Below, in pieces: positions 15,200 through 28,142 of a DNA stretch of 64,000 nucleotides. The stretch comes from Stegostoma tigrinum. Lineage: Eukaryota. The translations under genes and the position numbers were made by a program. The stretch spans positions 4,712,001 through 4,776,000 of the forward strand of contig NC_081396.1 in assembly GCF_030684315.1 (NCBI RefSeq), given 5' to 3'. Positions within the stretch are counted from its first letter, which is position 1, and each line of letters begins with the position of its first letter. Under the pieces are notes generated by a model that was not told the DNA's origin, did no database searches, and was given only the letters and a program-made list of their open reading frames with translations.

Positions 15200-15835
15200 T
15201 TTAAAACAAAATCTCCGGAGATATTTGAGGTTAACTGCCTCCCCAGACTGGTTGGCTGTTGCGCAGATATTTCGTTATCATGCTTGGTCACATTCTCCGT
15301 GCAGCCTCTGATGAATGGTCGGTGTGTTATGCCACCTGGCTTTTAAACTTTGGGGTCCGTTGGGTTGGATTGGAACACATGAGTATTTCCTCCCAAGTGG
15401 AATGTATATGGGGTCGTGTTCAAAGTTTTTATTAATCACCTGCTTCATGGATCGCCCTCATCGCAATCCATATGGACAAGGAGAATCACGATGACAACTC
15501 GGGAAACACCAAGATCGTTGGAAAGGCTTGGCAGAGAGAAGCACGAGAATTCCTGCAAGCATGGCATGATATAAAAAAAGGCTATGAATAAACACACTGA
15601 ATTCGACCCCATACACATTCAACTGCGGACAAAATCCGGAAGTGAGGCAATGCATTACATGGGACCCCAGATTTTAAAAACCAGGTGGGAAAACACAATG
15701 ACACTTCATCAGAGGCTGCACTGTGGATTAAACCATGTACGGTAACGAAACGACTGTGAAACAACAAACCAGCTCAGCCAGCCAACCAACCTCAACACCC
15801 ACAACCCAAGACACAAACCTGCTCCAAAACTTTAC
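15200..15835. mobile_element. Truncated Penelope-like retroelement, inverted arrangement, with GIY-YIG endonuclease C-terminal remnant
   Basis: 15457-15615 (+) translates to LIAIHMDKENH...NTKIVGKAWQREAREFLQAWH / AMNKHTEFDPIY with one frameshift, typical of the end of a Penelope ORF. GACCCCATATACATTC recurs inverted at ~15399-15416. Decayed hammerhead near 15718-15755. Confidence 0.72.
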
Positions 15836-16130
15836 AGTCTCCTCGGATCTGAACAAAACATTCTCGATACAGAGGAAATCACGTCTTCAATTTAATTTTC
15901 AACATTTCATCAGATATGCAAGAAAGATTAATTGGCGAGATACAATGAACGGCCATTTCTACACTATCACAGTAAAGCCGCACACCCTCTATACCTGAGC
16001 GATTAGATCCAGTTCAAGGACTCCTCCACTGGTTCTCAATTACTCACAGATTGCTGGATACTCAAAGTGAAAACTTTGATTGAGTGACTCAAATATCTCA
16101 AGAAAGAAAGACGTCAGTTTGACTGAGAGG

Positions 16131-18035
16131 ACATAGAACAGAGAACATAGAACAGTACAGCACAGAACAGGCCATTCAGCCCACGCTGTTGTGCCGACCA
16201 TTGATCCTTATGTATAGAGCCTCAAATTTCTGTGACCATATGCATGTCCAGCAGTCTCTTAAATGTCCCCAATGACCTTGTTTCCACAACTGCTGCTGGC
16301 AACGCATTCCATGTTCTCACTACTCTCTGTGTATAGAACCCGCCTCTGACATCCCCTCTATACTTTCCTCCAACCAGCTTAAAACTATAACCCCTCGTGC
16401 TAGCCATTTCTGCCCTGGGAAATAGTCTCTGGCTATCAACTCTATCTATGCCTCTCATTATTTTGTCTACCTCACTTAGGTCACCTCTCCTCCTCCTTTT
16501 CTCCAATGAAAAATGTCCGAGCTCAGCCAACCTCTTTTCATAAGATCTGCCCTCCAGTCCAGACAGCATCCTGGTAAACATCCTCTGAACCCTCCCCAAA
16601 GCATCCACATCTTTCCTATAATAGGGCAACCAGAACTGGACGCAGTATTCCAAGTGCGGTCTGACCAAAGTTTTATAGAGCGCAACAAGGTCTCACGATT
16701 CTTAAACTCAATCCCCCTGTTAATGAAAGCCAAAACACCATATGCGTTCTTAACAACCCTGTCCACTTGAGTGGCCATTTTAAGGGACTTATGTATCTGC
16801 GCACCAAGATCCCTCTGTTCCTCCACACTGCCAAGAATCCTATCCTTATTTCTGTACTCAGCTTTCAAATTCGACCTTCCAAAATGCATCACATCGCACT
16901 TATCCAGGTTGAAATCCATCTGCCACCTCTCAGCCCATCTCTGCATCCTGTCAATGTCCCGCTGCAGCCTACAACAGCCCTCTATACTGTCAACGACACC
17001 TCCAACCTTTGTGTCGTCTGCAAACTTGCTGACCCATCCTTCAACCCTCTCATCCAAGTCATTAATAAAAATTACAAAACGTAGAGGACCAATGACAGAG
17101 CCCTGTGCAACACCACTCACCACTGACATCCAGGCAGAATATTTTCGTTCTACTACCACTCGCTGCCTTCTGCTGGCCAGCCAATTCTGTATCCAGACAG
17201 CTAAGTTCCCCTGCATCCCATTCCTCGTGACCTTCTGAATGAGCCTACCATGGGGAACCTTATCAAATGCCTTGCTGAAGTCCATCTTCACCAAATCCAC
17301 TGCTCGACCCTCATCAACTTTTCTAGTCACATCCTCAAAGAACTCGATAAGGTTTGTGAGGCATGCCTGCCCGTCACAAAGCCATGTTGATTGCATTTAA
17401 TCAAGCCATGCTCTTCCAGATGGTCATAAATCCTATCCCTCAGAATCCTTTCTGACACCTTGCAGAAGACAGGCGTGAGACTTATGGGTCTGTAATTGCC
17501 AGGGATTTCCCTATTTCCTTTCTTGAAGAGAGGAATTACATTTGCCTCTCTCCAGTCATCAAGTACGACTCCAGTGGAGAGCGAGGATGCAAAGATCTTC
17601 GCAAGTGGCGAAGCAATTGCATTTCTCATTTCGCAAAGTAGCCGAGGACAAATCTGGTGCCGCACGGCGACTTGTCAACCTTAATGTTTGACAATTTTTT
17701 CAGCACATCAGCTTGCTCTATCTCTATCCATTCCAGCATGCACACCTGCTCTTCAAAGGTTTCATTCACTACAAAGTTCGTTTCTTTCATAAAGACAGAA
17801 GCAAAAAACTCATTTCGGGCTTCCCCTACGTCCTCAGACTCCACACACCGGTTCCCGATGCTATCCCTGATCGGCCCTACTCTTTCTTTGACCATTCTCT
17901 TATTCCTCACATAAGTGTAAAATGCCTTTGTGTTCTCCCGAAGCCGTTTTGCCAAGCCTTTCTCGTGCCCCCGCCTGGCTCTCCTCAGACCTTTTTTGAG
18001 CTCCTTCCTCGCCTGCCTGTAATCCTCCAGAGCTG
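16131..18035 (-). mobile_element. Young 5'-truncated CR1 LINE (shark HER1-like), ORF2 reverse transcriptase region, frameshifted
   Basis: Overlapping minus ORFs 17626-17955, 17327-17665, 16476-17396 and 16222-16668 carry NYRPISLT, DFSKAFDKVPH, GVAQGSVIGP, KFADD and VRPHLEYCVQFW. 3' tail of CTATGTT-like repeats at ~16131-16160. Confidence 0.93.
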
Positions 18036-19079
18036 AGCTGAGCTGATACGTTAGTCGTGTGTTGAATTCATGTTATGGAGGAAGTCAAACTCTGATGGTA
18101 GATACACGAAACATGCCATTACATTATATTTTTTTAAAAATTCAGCGTGAAAACCAGAGGGGAAGAAAGAAAGAGTGAAAGAAACAAACAGAGACAGAAC
18201 CATTGGCTGTGCCAACATATCTTGCAAGTCAAGGTGCATATTTTTGCTAACGTGAAAATAGTTATCGCTCTGATTGTGCACTCAGAAAAAAAAAGGTTTT
18301 AAAACGCATTCAGAAGAATTAGTGCTCGAAATGTGTGCTGTTTGTGGGAAAAGATACACTTTTTTGGTTGTTTCATCTATTCTGAGAGCTCAATTCTGTG
18401 TATTTACATAAACGCTTCATTGGTTTCAAAGACGAATTGATGTGAAACACAGGTGGTCGAGGCGAGTATTTATTAGTTTAAAATCAAAACAACTTTATTT
18501 GAAGAATGTTCGCAGTTATCAGAGGTGAACACAAATTTCTTGACATTAATTGAAACAGATGTTATTTATTTCCAAAAGATCATTTTAAAAGACAAATTTA
18601 GGTTAAGAATTCTGTAATGAAAGTCTGCAACCACTGCCAGTGAAACGTTTCTGTATAACTGGATTGACTTCAACATCCTGTTCATTGTCCTTTAATACGT
18701 TTTGACCCCGATGTATCCAAGAACTCAACATAGCGCAAAGTTTCTTTCAGAATTTTTATATGAGAAAAGTTGAAACGACATTATGAGCTGCCACAGTAAA
18801 TAAATTAATTGATATAGTTTACTGAGTTTTAGTCATGCTTATATTTTATTTTATTATTTTATAGAATGTTGATGTTGGTGTCTCAGCAACGTTTTGTCAT
18901 TATCCAAAGTCGCCCATTCAGCAGGTTGCAACTGCGGCTCCAGAAGGCAGTCAATTAAATTGCTCTGTGCCTGGAGACAATGAAGGCCAGATCAAGTACA
19001 GCCTGCAGAATTCATTTCCAGTGGGCATGAGCAAGACATCTGTTTTTGAATTTTCGATTGACTTGGAATTATACCTCTG

Positions 19080-19275
19080 ACAAATAAAACCAGAAGAACT
19101 GCAAATGCTGTAAATCAAGAAGACAAGTAAAGTTGCTAGAAAAGCCCACAGGTCAGGCATCATCTGTGAAGGGGGAAAGAAAGAAAAAAAAACAGTGCTC
19201 ACGTTTCGGGTCCGGTGACCCTTCTTCAGTTTTGAAGCATTCTGAAGACCTGAAGGCTTTTCCAGCAATTATGTT
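19080..19275 (-). mobile_element. Short Penelope-derived element with hammerhead motif
   Basis: Minus strand 19200-19229 reads CTGAAGA-A-GGGTC-ACCG-GACCC-GAAAC-GTG, with a perfect stem II but a non-cleavable GUG triplet. Followed by the family tail ACAGATGATGCCTGACCTG. Confidence 0.68.
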
Positions 19276-19589
19276 TTTTCGAAGTACAACACCTGTCCCT
19301 TAACCATTAAACTGGAGTATAGAAGCAGTGGTTCAGTGGTATTTCCACTGCCAAACTGAAGCTGTCAATGTACTCAGCACGTACAGAAAGCTGTCACAAG
19401 TAGAAGAACAATAAAAGTGACACTGTAAGTCAGGAATAAATTTTGGAATCGATGACTGATGAAAATTCTCTTGCTGTTTGCCGAAATATCACAGGAGACT
19501 TTTCATACAATCACCGGTCTGAATTCGATATCTGATTCTCTCTCTGCAGAACCTCACTCATCTAGTCATGTTTCCAGTTTTTCTCATAC

Positions 19590-19855
19590 AATAATAGAAT
19601 CCCCACAGTCTGGAAACAGGCCGTTCGGTCCAGCAAGCCCATCCCGAACCATAGCGCATCACTCCAAGCCCCATCACCGATAACCCACCCATTTTACTCA
19701 CGCCTGAACACTACGGGCAAATTATCATGACCAATTCACCAAGCCTGCTTATCTTTGGACTGTGGGAGGAAACCAGATCACCCTGTGAAGACCCACGCAG
19801 TCGCGGTGAGGGTGGAATCAAACTGAGCAAGCACTGCTCATCCCTGAGTCACTAT
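19590..19855 (-). mobile_element. Decayed HE1/V-SINE
   Basis: TTTGGACTGTGGGAGGAAACC and GGAAACAGGCC are shared with the SINE at 51.3 kb. Confidence 0.72.
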
Positions 19856-20399
19856 TAATTCTAGTTTCGTCTTACATTTCATTTCTGCACCACATTTCTC
19901 ACTTTTTGAATACTTGGTTGAAATTTGAAAAAAAAATACATTCGCTCCATGTCCCAAAATTTGGTCATCACTGACCATTTTGGAATGCTTCCGACGTGCA
20001 TAAATAATTATGGTTTATCTTTCTAAAGAAGCTTCAATACAAATGATGGGCTTTTCAGTCAAGTTACGTCCGTTAAATCAACAGGCGGCTTATTGTGGAA
20101 CAGTTTGGGCATGCCAGGTATAAAGGGCAGACCTCCTCCTCTGAAGGAAAAGACTGAATCATGTAGGTGCTTCAAATCTTCAGAATGCCTTTGATTATTA
20201 GTAATTAGGATCGCATTCCATTTTGGATTATTTAAGTAATTGAAGCTACAATGGCATAATATGATTCTGGGACTTTACTTGAAACTTTTTGAATCCTTAC
20301 CAAGCATTCACTATGCCTCCTTCTGCACAGTATGGAATGTTTTGGTAGATTAAAGGAAATATAATGAGGTTGACTTCTAGAACACGGGTGTCGTTATTT

Positions 20400-22900
20400 C
20401 CTCCGTCTCGTTGGACTTAAAAAAGATGGCATTGAGCTGTCTTTCTGAAATGTGGGATCCAAACTGTCTGCGAAAGAGACTTCCAGAATTTTGAACCAGT
20501 TACTGTGATGAATAACTTATACTTTTCCAGGTGACAATGGCAAGTGGCTTGAACAGAAGCTTGAAAATTCTGCTAATCCAATATATCTGCTGCTGCTGTC
20601 CTGCAGGATGGATGTGTGGGACATTAGAAACATGCTGTCTATGGGTATTAATGAATTAAGAATATATATCTTATATATAGTATACACTGCAGCTACCCAG
20701 TGTTATATTTGGATGTACTGGATACTTGTGGATGTACTGTCAACAAAGAGTGCTGCTTTGCCCTGCATGATGTCAATCTTCTTCAGGGTAATTGACACTA
20801 CATTCATTCAATCAGGTTTGCATGCATGATATTACACCCTTGGCTTCTGCCTTCTGGACGACGGATGTTGACGGGATTCCACAGGGGTGAGCTACTCGCC
20901 GCCGGATCCCTAGCTGTTGGCCTGGTTTTGCCACCATGGAGTTAATTTCAGGTTCCATTTCTAGTAAATCATACATCCCAGCATACTGACAGTGAAGAAT
21001 TCAGTGATGTTAACAACAGTGATTGGAAAGGGGCCAGTCGTGTGATGCTTTTTAATTGCTGATATTAATTGTCGAGCAACTTTCTGGTGTCAATGCAAAT
21101 TGAACATTCTCGTCTCAAGTCTGGATATCATACAGAACTTGTTGCACCTTAATATGGACTGCCTTCATGTATGAGGAGTCATGATTAATGCTGAGTATTG
21201 TGCCATCATCGGTATCCATTTCACGTCTGATCGTGCAATAGAGGAGAGGTCACTGATGAAGCACTGATGACGATTGAACTTGTAACACTACCTTCACGAA
21301 CCTGGATAGACATGTCCCGGAACTGAGTTGACTGACCTCCAACAACCAAGCCATTTTTGTGTGTGTGTAAGCTATGCCTTCAGGCTGTGGACAGTTTGTC
21401 ACCTGATACTCAATAATTCCCATTTTGGCTCACTCGATGCGACACTCTGCCAAATGCTACCTTGACGTCAAGGGCTGTCATTCTCCCCTCACTTGTTGAA
21501 CTCAATTCTTTGTTCATGTTTCAACCAAAACTGTTATTTGGTCAGGAGCTAAGTTGGCCTTGAATAACGCAAAGTATGTTTCACTGAGCAGGTTATTGAT
21601 GAACCAGTACTGCTTGAATGCACCGCTGATGGCGCCTTCCAACACTTGTCTGATGCTTGAGAATAGACTGATTGGTCAGTAATTCGCAACTTCGGACTAT
21701 CCTACTTTCTGGTACTTTTTCAATGCTGTTGGTTAAATATCAAAACTTTGGATGAACTGGACGTGCTTGGCTAACAGAGTGGCTAGTTGGGAGCACATGT
21801 AATCAATATTATTGCTCGAATTTCATCAGGTCTCAGCAATTTTGCAGTATCTGGTGTCCCCAAACATTTGTTCATAACACGTGGACAGAATCGAATTAAC
21901 TGAAAAAGTGATATCTGTCATGTGATCACGAGAGGAGGCCAAGATGGATCAATAACTTGACACGTGTCTCATTATTGCTGTCAATTATTTAGCATTGACG
22001 TTTGCACAGATGTGCTGGGTTCATCCATCTTTGAAGATGGGAGTATCCTGTGGAGCTTCCTCCTCCGGTGAGTTGTTCAGTTACCCCTCCATTCATGACT
22101 TGATGTGGCAGCCCTGCGGAGTTTAGATCTGATCTGTTTTTCAGTAAATTCACTGAGGTCTGCCCATCACGTGCTTCCTATGCTGTTTGACATGATAATA
22201 GTTCCTCAGTGGCAGCTTCAGCAGGTTAAAATCTCTTCTCTACTGCTGTTCCAGGGATAGCATCCTGCACTTTTCATGAAACCAGGACTGATCCCTTCTC
22301 TTGGCCATAGTTTACGAGTGGGGAATGTGCAGAACAATACCAATGTTCATTGCGTTGAAGAATAATTCTGATTGTGTTGACGGTCAAAGCAATTCATTTC
22401 TGCCAGGTGTTAAATGACTTCAAATATCTCACTTAGAATGCCTCTCGTGCTTTACAACGCAATGGAGAGTATTCTCAATTTGAAGTGAGACTTCGTCCCC
22501 ACAATGGTCTTATGTTGATCATTTTTGTTTGACCTTGCAATGGACAGATGCATCTGCAGCCGGCCAATTGGGAATGAAGAGCTCAAATATGCATTTTCTC
22601 TCTTGTTGTTTCCCCCACCAGCTCCCGCAGGCTCGTTCTGACAGCAATGTCCGACAGGACGCAAGCAACTCGATGAGCAGAGTTGCCATGCCTTCTGGTC
22701 AGCATTGAATGCACCCTCCCGGAATACATTCTGCATCCTTGCCACCTTCAGTACGGACCCCAAATGTTGTTCAACGTGGAGGAGTTCTTATTCGTCAACT
22801 GAGGGAAGATGACGCTTGGCCTTCATAAAGTGCTCTCTTTGTCTATGTTGAAACTGAAGTCGTGAATCTTCATGTTTCCAGAATCAACGTTGAGGGCTGA
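20400..22900 (-). mobile_element. Old L2/CR1-clade LINE remnant
   Basis: Colinear similarity to 29970-32480 and to 34780-36130, which contains an RT motif. Heavily decayed. Confidence 0.6.
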
Positions 22901-23049
22901 CTGCAGTTAAACATAACTAAATCATTTGGCTGTACCTTGAATAATATGTGAGAATGTTACAGTAAGTATATTATCAGGTTAGAGTGTGCACAGGCAAGAT
23001 TTATTAACATGTATGGTTTTCCTCATCAGGAGAGACTGAATGGAGTCAG

Positions 23050-24855
23050 AGAGACTAACATAGAAACAAATTGTTCCAATTAATTCGTCTGGGTCGACCA
23101 GAAGTTCGAAATTAATCTGATCTCATTTGCCAGCATTTGGTCTACATCCCTGCAAATCCTTCTAATTCGCATCAGCTTCCTGGTGCTTTTTATGTATTTT
23201 AATTGCACCAGCCACTATCACTTCCTCTGGAAGTTTGTTCCATGCAATCAATACCCTCCCTGCGAAATATTTGCCCCTTATGTCTCTTCCAAATATTTTG
23301 GCTGCCAAATTAAACCGATGCCCACTTCTGACACCGGAAAAATATACTTTGCATTTTCACCTTATCCATGGTCGTCACGATTTAATATGTTCCTACAAGG
23401 TCACAACTCAGCCTCCAACGCTCCAGGGAAAATAGTGCCAGTCTGTTCGAAATCTCACGATCGCTCTGACTCTCGAAACTTGGCAACAAACTTAGAAATA
23501 CTCTCCAAAAAAAATCAATTCAATGACATCTTTCCTCGGGCAGGGAGACAGAAATGAATGCATTTTCCAAAAGTGGCTGAAACAATGTCTGGTGCAACTG
23601 CACAACTGTGACATGACATCCCATTTCCCATCCTCAGTGCACTGACCAGTGAAGGTAAGCACACTAAAAACCGTGCTCACTGTTCTGTCTTACAAGTTAT
23701 TCCACTTTTGCCAAAGTACGAATCTGCACTCCAGGTCTGTTTGTTCAGCAACACACCCTCGGATCTTTCGTAGATGCATTCCACCCAAGATTGACCTATC
23801 AAAACGCAGCACCGCACATATATCGAAATTTGCTCAATCTGTCACTTGTTGGACTTTTTGTCTCATTTGAACATGATTTGGTCTTTCTCTGGGGAAACGT
23901 TTTGGCTGTCCATTTCATGATGAATTTTGGTGTCTCCAGATACTTACTGAAATTATACCAGCTGTATTCACGTTAAAATCATTTCTGTAAATGACGAAAA
24001 ATCAATAGATCCAGCACCAATCCCAGTGGCACACCACTGGTTAGAGGCCTCCATTCTGAAAAGCAACACACCATTACCATCCACACACTCCTATCTTCCA
24101 GCCACTTCCAGTTAGTTTACCCTCTGTTCCGTGAGCTCTAAATTAGTTAACCAATCTACCATGCAAAACCTTGTCAAAAGCCTTACTACCATGGTTTGGT
24201 TTGTTCAATACTCTTCCGCACATCTTCAAAACTTTCAATCAATTTAATGAGAAACGAACTCCCATTTACTAAGTTGCATTTACAATTCAAGTCAATTCCT
24301 GCACTTCCAAAACCATGTAAATCATTTCATTCAGAATGCCTTCCGAAACCTTGCACACTTCTGATTTCAATCTCACAGGCCTATGGAACTTTCACTTTTC
24401 CAGGCCATTTTTCTTAAATAGTGTCATCACGGTAGCCAACCTCCAGTCTTCTGCCTCCTTGGCTGCAGTTATTGATGATGTAACTATCTCCACTAGGGGC
24501 CCAGCAATCACTTCGCCAGCTAACAATAATTTCGAGGCCAAACCCGATGGACTCCAGGAGGCGAATCCAAATTAAAGTTTCTTAAGATGTACATCACCTC
24601 TTCTGTTGCATGGACATTGATCAAGCTATCACTATTTATTTCCGAAAGATCCTGAGCTGATATAACCTTCTCCAATGTATGCACTGAAGCAAAATCCTCG
24701 TTTAGTGTTTGATCCATCACCTGCTGTGTCACGTATAGATGGTCTTGCTGACCTTTATGGGGACCTCTTCTCTCTCTTGTTACTCTTCTGACTTTAGTAC
24801 ATTTGTAAAATAACATTGGCTTATCCGTAATTGCATTTGCCAAAGCTGTTTCATG
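23050..24855 (-). mobile_element. Decayed CR1 LINE
   Basis: Minus ORF 24520-24843 (FYKCTKVRRVTRERRGP...LNEDFASVHT) parallels 17626-17955. 3' end near 23050. Confidence 0.7.
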
Positions 24856-24859
24856 TTCT

Positions 24860-26720
24860 GGGAGTGGAGGGTTTATGGAATGGGGTGAATAGGCTGATGT
24901 TTCTTAGACATTGATCATAGACGTTTGAGAAATGGTCTGATGGAAGCTTTGTTTTTAACTCATGACAGCTATAGATAAAGTGAATAGCAGGAAATTTTCC
25001 CCTGTGGTAAGGGTGTTTCTTAACAAGTGGTATAGTTTTAATGTGAGAGGAGAAAGACCGAGGAATGGCAGGATTGATTTTATTATATCTAGATTGTTTC
25101 ATTCGTGGAATGAAGTTCCCGAAGAAGTTGTCGATATGAGCACATTTACTGCATTCAGAAATAGCACTTGGAGAAACGGGAGTAATAAAGGTTTGGAGGG
25201 ATAAGGCTCAAATACAGGCACGGGTGGCTGGTTCAGTTTGCGATTATGGTCGGCATCGATTAGTTGGCCATCGAGTTTCTCTCCTTGGTGTATGACAATG
25301 GAATTCTGTCAGTGTCGGTTGGGGTTGAATTTATAAAATGTGAACTGATGCATTTTAGTCAGACACGGAAGGTTAGCGTTCATATATATAATGGAAGAGC
25401 CCTCATGAGTGTTGTGAAACAAAGAGACCTGGAGTGCAGGCGCACAGTTCCTTTAAGGTGGAGTCACAGTTAGAGAGGGTCGTGAAGAAGACATTTTGTT
25501 CATTTGGCTTCGTTGGTCATAACTCCAAATGTTGGAGTTGGGATGTTATTTTGCCTCTTTATGTGATATTCGTGAGGCGACTTTTAGAATACTGTGCACA
25601 ATTCTAGTCGCCTATTGATCAGAAGGATCTTATTAAACTTGAGAAGGTGAAGAAAATATTTGTAAGGATGATGCCAGAATTGGAGTGTTCTCGTTATAGC
25701 CAGGGGCTGAATAGACTGGGGTTTTCTTTCCCCTGCACCACTGGAGGCTGAGGTGACCTTATTGAGCAGCAATACCATGAGGAGCACTGACAGACTGAAT
25801 AACCCAGAACATTTTCCAGGGATGGGCGAAATACAAAACTACACAATATGCAATTAAGACAAAAGGGGAAATGATTAAAAATGAGCTGAGAATGTAATTT
25901 CTTTTCGTGAGGTGGGGGTTGTGTTTTTGGAAAAGGGTACCAGAGGAAGTTTTGGAAGCATTTACAATTACAATATGTAAAATGCTTCTGGATTGGTACA
26001 TCACTGGGAAGAGTTTACAGAAACTGGCCATGTGCTGCAAATGTAAGTCGGCCAAATTGGCATGTCTGATTGGCCCAGATGAGTCTGAATGAACGGTTTT
26101 GTTTTCTTCAAGTCTGATCCTGTGAATCTACAAGTTTTCTTTTTTAAAAAAACGTTACAAACACGAGTCACACATAAACTGAAATACTGTGAATTGTTCC
26201 AAGCCTCGTATCGAAGGGAAGGTACACTGAAAATCGAGACGATCTTTACGAGGTTCAGTACAGTGATCCTGAGGATGGAGGGTATGTCTTGTGAGTGGAT
26301 ATGTATATCTTTGACCTGCCATCATTGGAATACAGTACATTGAATAGTCACATTTTGAAGCAGGCGTTGTTTTTCGGGTATTTGATAGTTTAAATGCTGA
26401 AGAGATTCCACATGGGGCAGATACCACGAGCAAAATTTATATCCTGTGAACTGAAGATCAAAATTTTCAGGCAGAAGAGAAATTCTTCTCACAGAATGCA
26501 GTGAACATGTCGAATTCTTTGCCACATAAAATGTTCGAGATTGGTTCCAGAAGTATTTTCATGGGAGCAGTGGAGAGATTTTGTTTTAATTTCGAAAGAA
26601 TCAATGCTCCTGAGAATAAGATTGACAAATGGAATTGAGGGTTATCAATTCGACTATTATGTCATTGAATGGAAGAAGGATTTCAATCGGCAGAGTGCTC
26701 CCTTCAATTTCCTGATCTTT
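24860..26720 (+). mobile_element. Three consecutive decayed CR1 3'-end fragments (duplicate of 12950-14580)
   Basis: Fragments FIISRLFHSWNEVPEEVV, KCELMHF..KQRDL and FWKRVPEEVLEA. Same order as at 12950-14580. Confidence 0.6.
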
Positions 26721-27219
26721 TTGACATTAATGTTGACGTCTGCTTTAAATTACTGACTTCATACTTATTGCAAGCCACGTTAATGCTTCCCCTCAATTGC
26801 ATGTTTTCCAAGAACAGCACAGGCACTTCAATTTCTCCTCCTCGTTAACAAAAAAGGCAAGTCATCACACCATTATTCATAGATCTCCCCTTCAAAACAG
26901 ATTAAAACGACATTTCACCCACTGTACCAAACACACCATTGTCATGGTAACTGTGGAATTTGCACGCGTAACCCTGATCACATATTTTCTACCTCTACAC
27001 ACACAACATAAATCTGGATCTCAACATTTCAATGCAGGAATTCGTTCCCATTTTATTCTGGAATTAGTAACTTCTTAATTACAAAAGTAATAGTGGGAGA
27101 TAAAGACCCCTTGCACGATTGAATCGGACACTTAGAGACGTTTCAAAGGTCACACTATTTTCAGAATAAATCTCCCACGACATTATTCTAACCAAAACAA
27201 TATTGTCAAATGCAGAGAT

Positions 27220-27440
27220 AGTTGGAAGTACAGATGCTGGAGTGTCTAAGATCACAAGATGTAGAGCTGGATCAACATCGCATGCCAAGCAACATCAAAG
27301 GAGCAGGAAAGCTCACATTTCGTCCGTAGACCCGTCCTCAGAAAATTTATAAGGGTCTAGGCCGGAATCATTAGCGTTGCTTTTCCTGTGATGCTCCTTG
27401 GCCTGCTGTGTTTATCCAGCTCTACACCTCGTCATGTCAA
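27220..27440. mobile_element. Short palindromic Penelope-derived element
   Basis: TGTAGAGCTGGAT...GCCAAG (27260-27289) is inverted as CTTGGC...ATCCAGCTCTACA (27397-27426). Decayed hammerhead motifs face each other around ~27345. Confidence 0.62.
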
Positions 27441-27916
27441 ATACAGCAGGTTGAAGATGCTGAAGTGGTCTGCATTCAAGTTTCCCTGAAAATGTTCGCA
27501 CTTTCAGCACATGTACAATGTCGAAGCAGAGAAAATCTCCCTCGTCACTTTCATCCACAAGACTCCATAAGCTGTGCATTAAAGATTAATCATACACTCA
27601 ATGTGCATTGCACGGTGTAATCAAACTTCTTCAGCCATGAGCACTACTGGTGACATACAATGAATATCCCATTGAAAACAATAGCAGTAAATCCTCACAG
27701 CGATGATACAAGACAATGTTCATGCTGTTTAAAGATTCTTCCATCAGTTCCCGTCAAGCGCTTCTCGATCACTGAATACTTAAAAATAAATTTTCAAGAA
27801 AACTTTACTCTCCGGGTTCAGGTGCCTCTAGAAAGAAACACATTCGTTGGACAAAAGGAGATGTTATTCAGACGTTGGCCTCAAGTGATGGAGGAAAAGT
27901 TTTTCCGATGGATGGA

Positions 27917-28142
27917 NNNNNNNNNNNNNNNNNNNNNNNNNNNNNNNNNNNNNNNNNNNNNNNNNNNNNNNNNNNNNNNNNNNNNNNNNNNNNNNNNNNN
28001 NNNNNNNNNNNNNNNNNNNNNNNNNNNNNNNNNNNNNNNNNNNNNNNNNNNNNNNNNNNNNNNNNNNNNNNNNNNNNNNNNNNNNNNNNNNNNNNNNNNN
28101 NNNNNNNNNNNNNNNNNNNNNNNNNNNNNNNNNNNNNNNNNN
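27917..28142. other. Assembly gap
   Basis: Run of N. Confidence 1.

Noticed and set aside
16222-17955. Longest ORFs (up to 306 aa) as a host gene or novel reverse transcriptase system
   Set aside because: They are frameshifted pieces of an ordinary CR1 ORF2. The plus-strand ORFs here are antisense shadows.
19534-19580. Conserved TTCTCTCTCTGCAG splice-acceptor-like motif in both duplicate copies (also ~29357) as a hidden exon
   Set aside because: The flanks match the tail of the short hammerhead-family repeat, and no conserved reading frame or donor follows.
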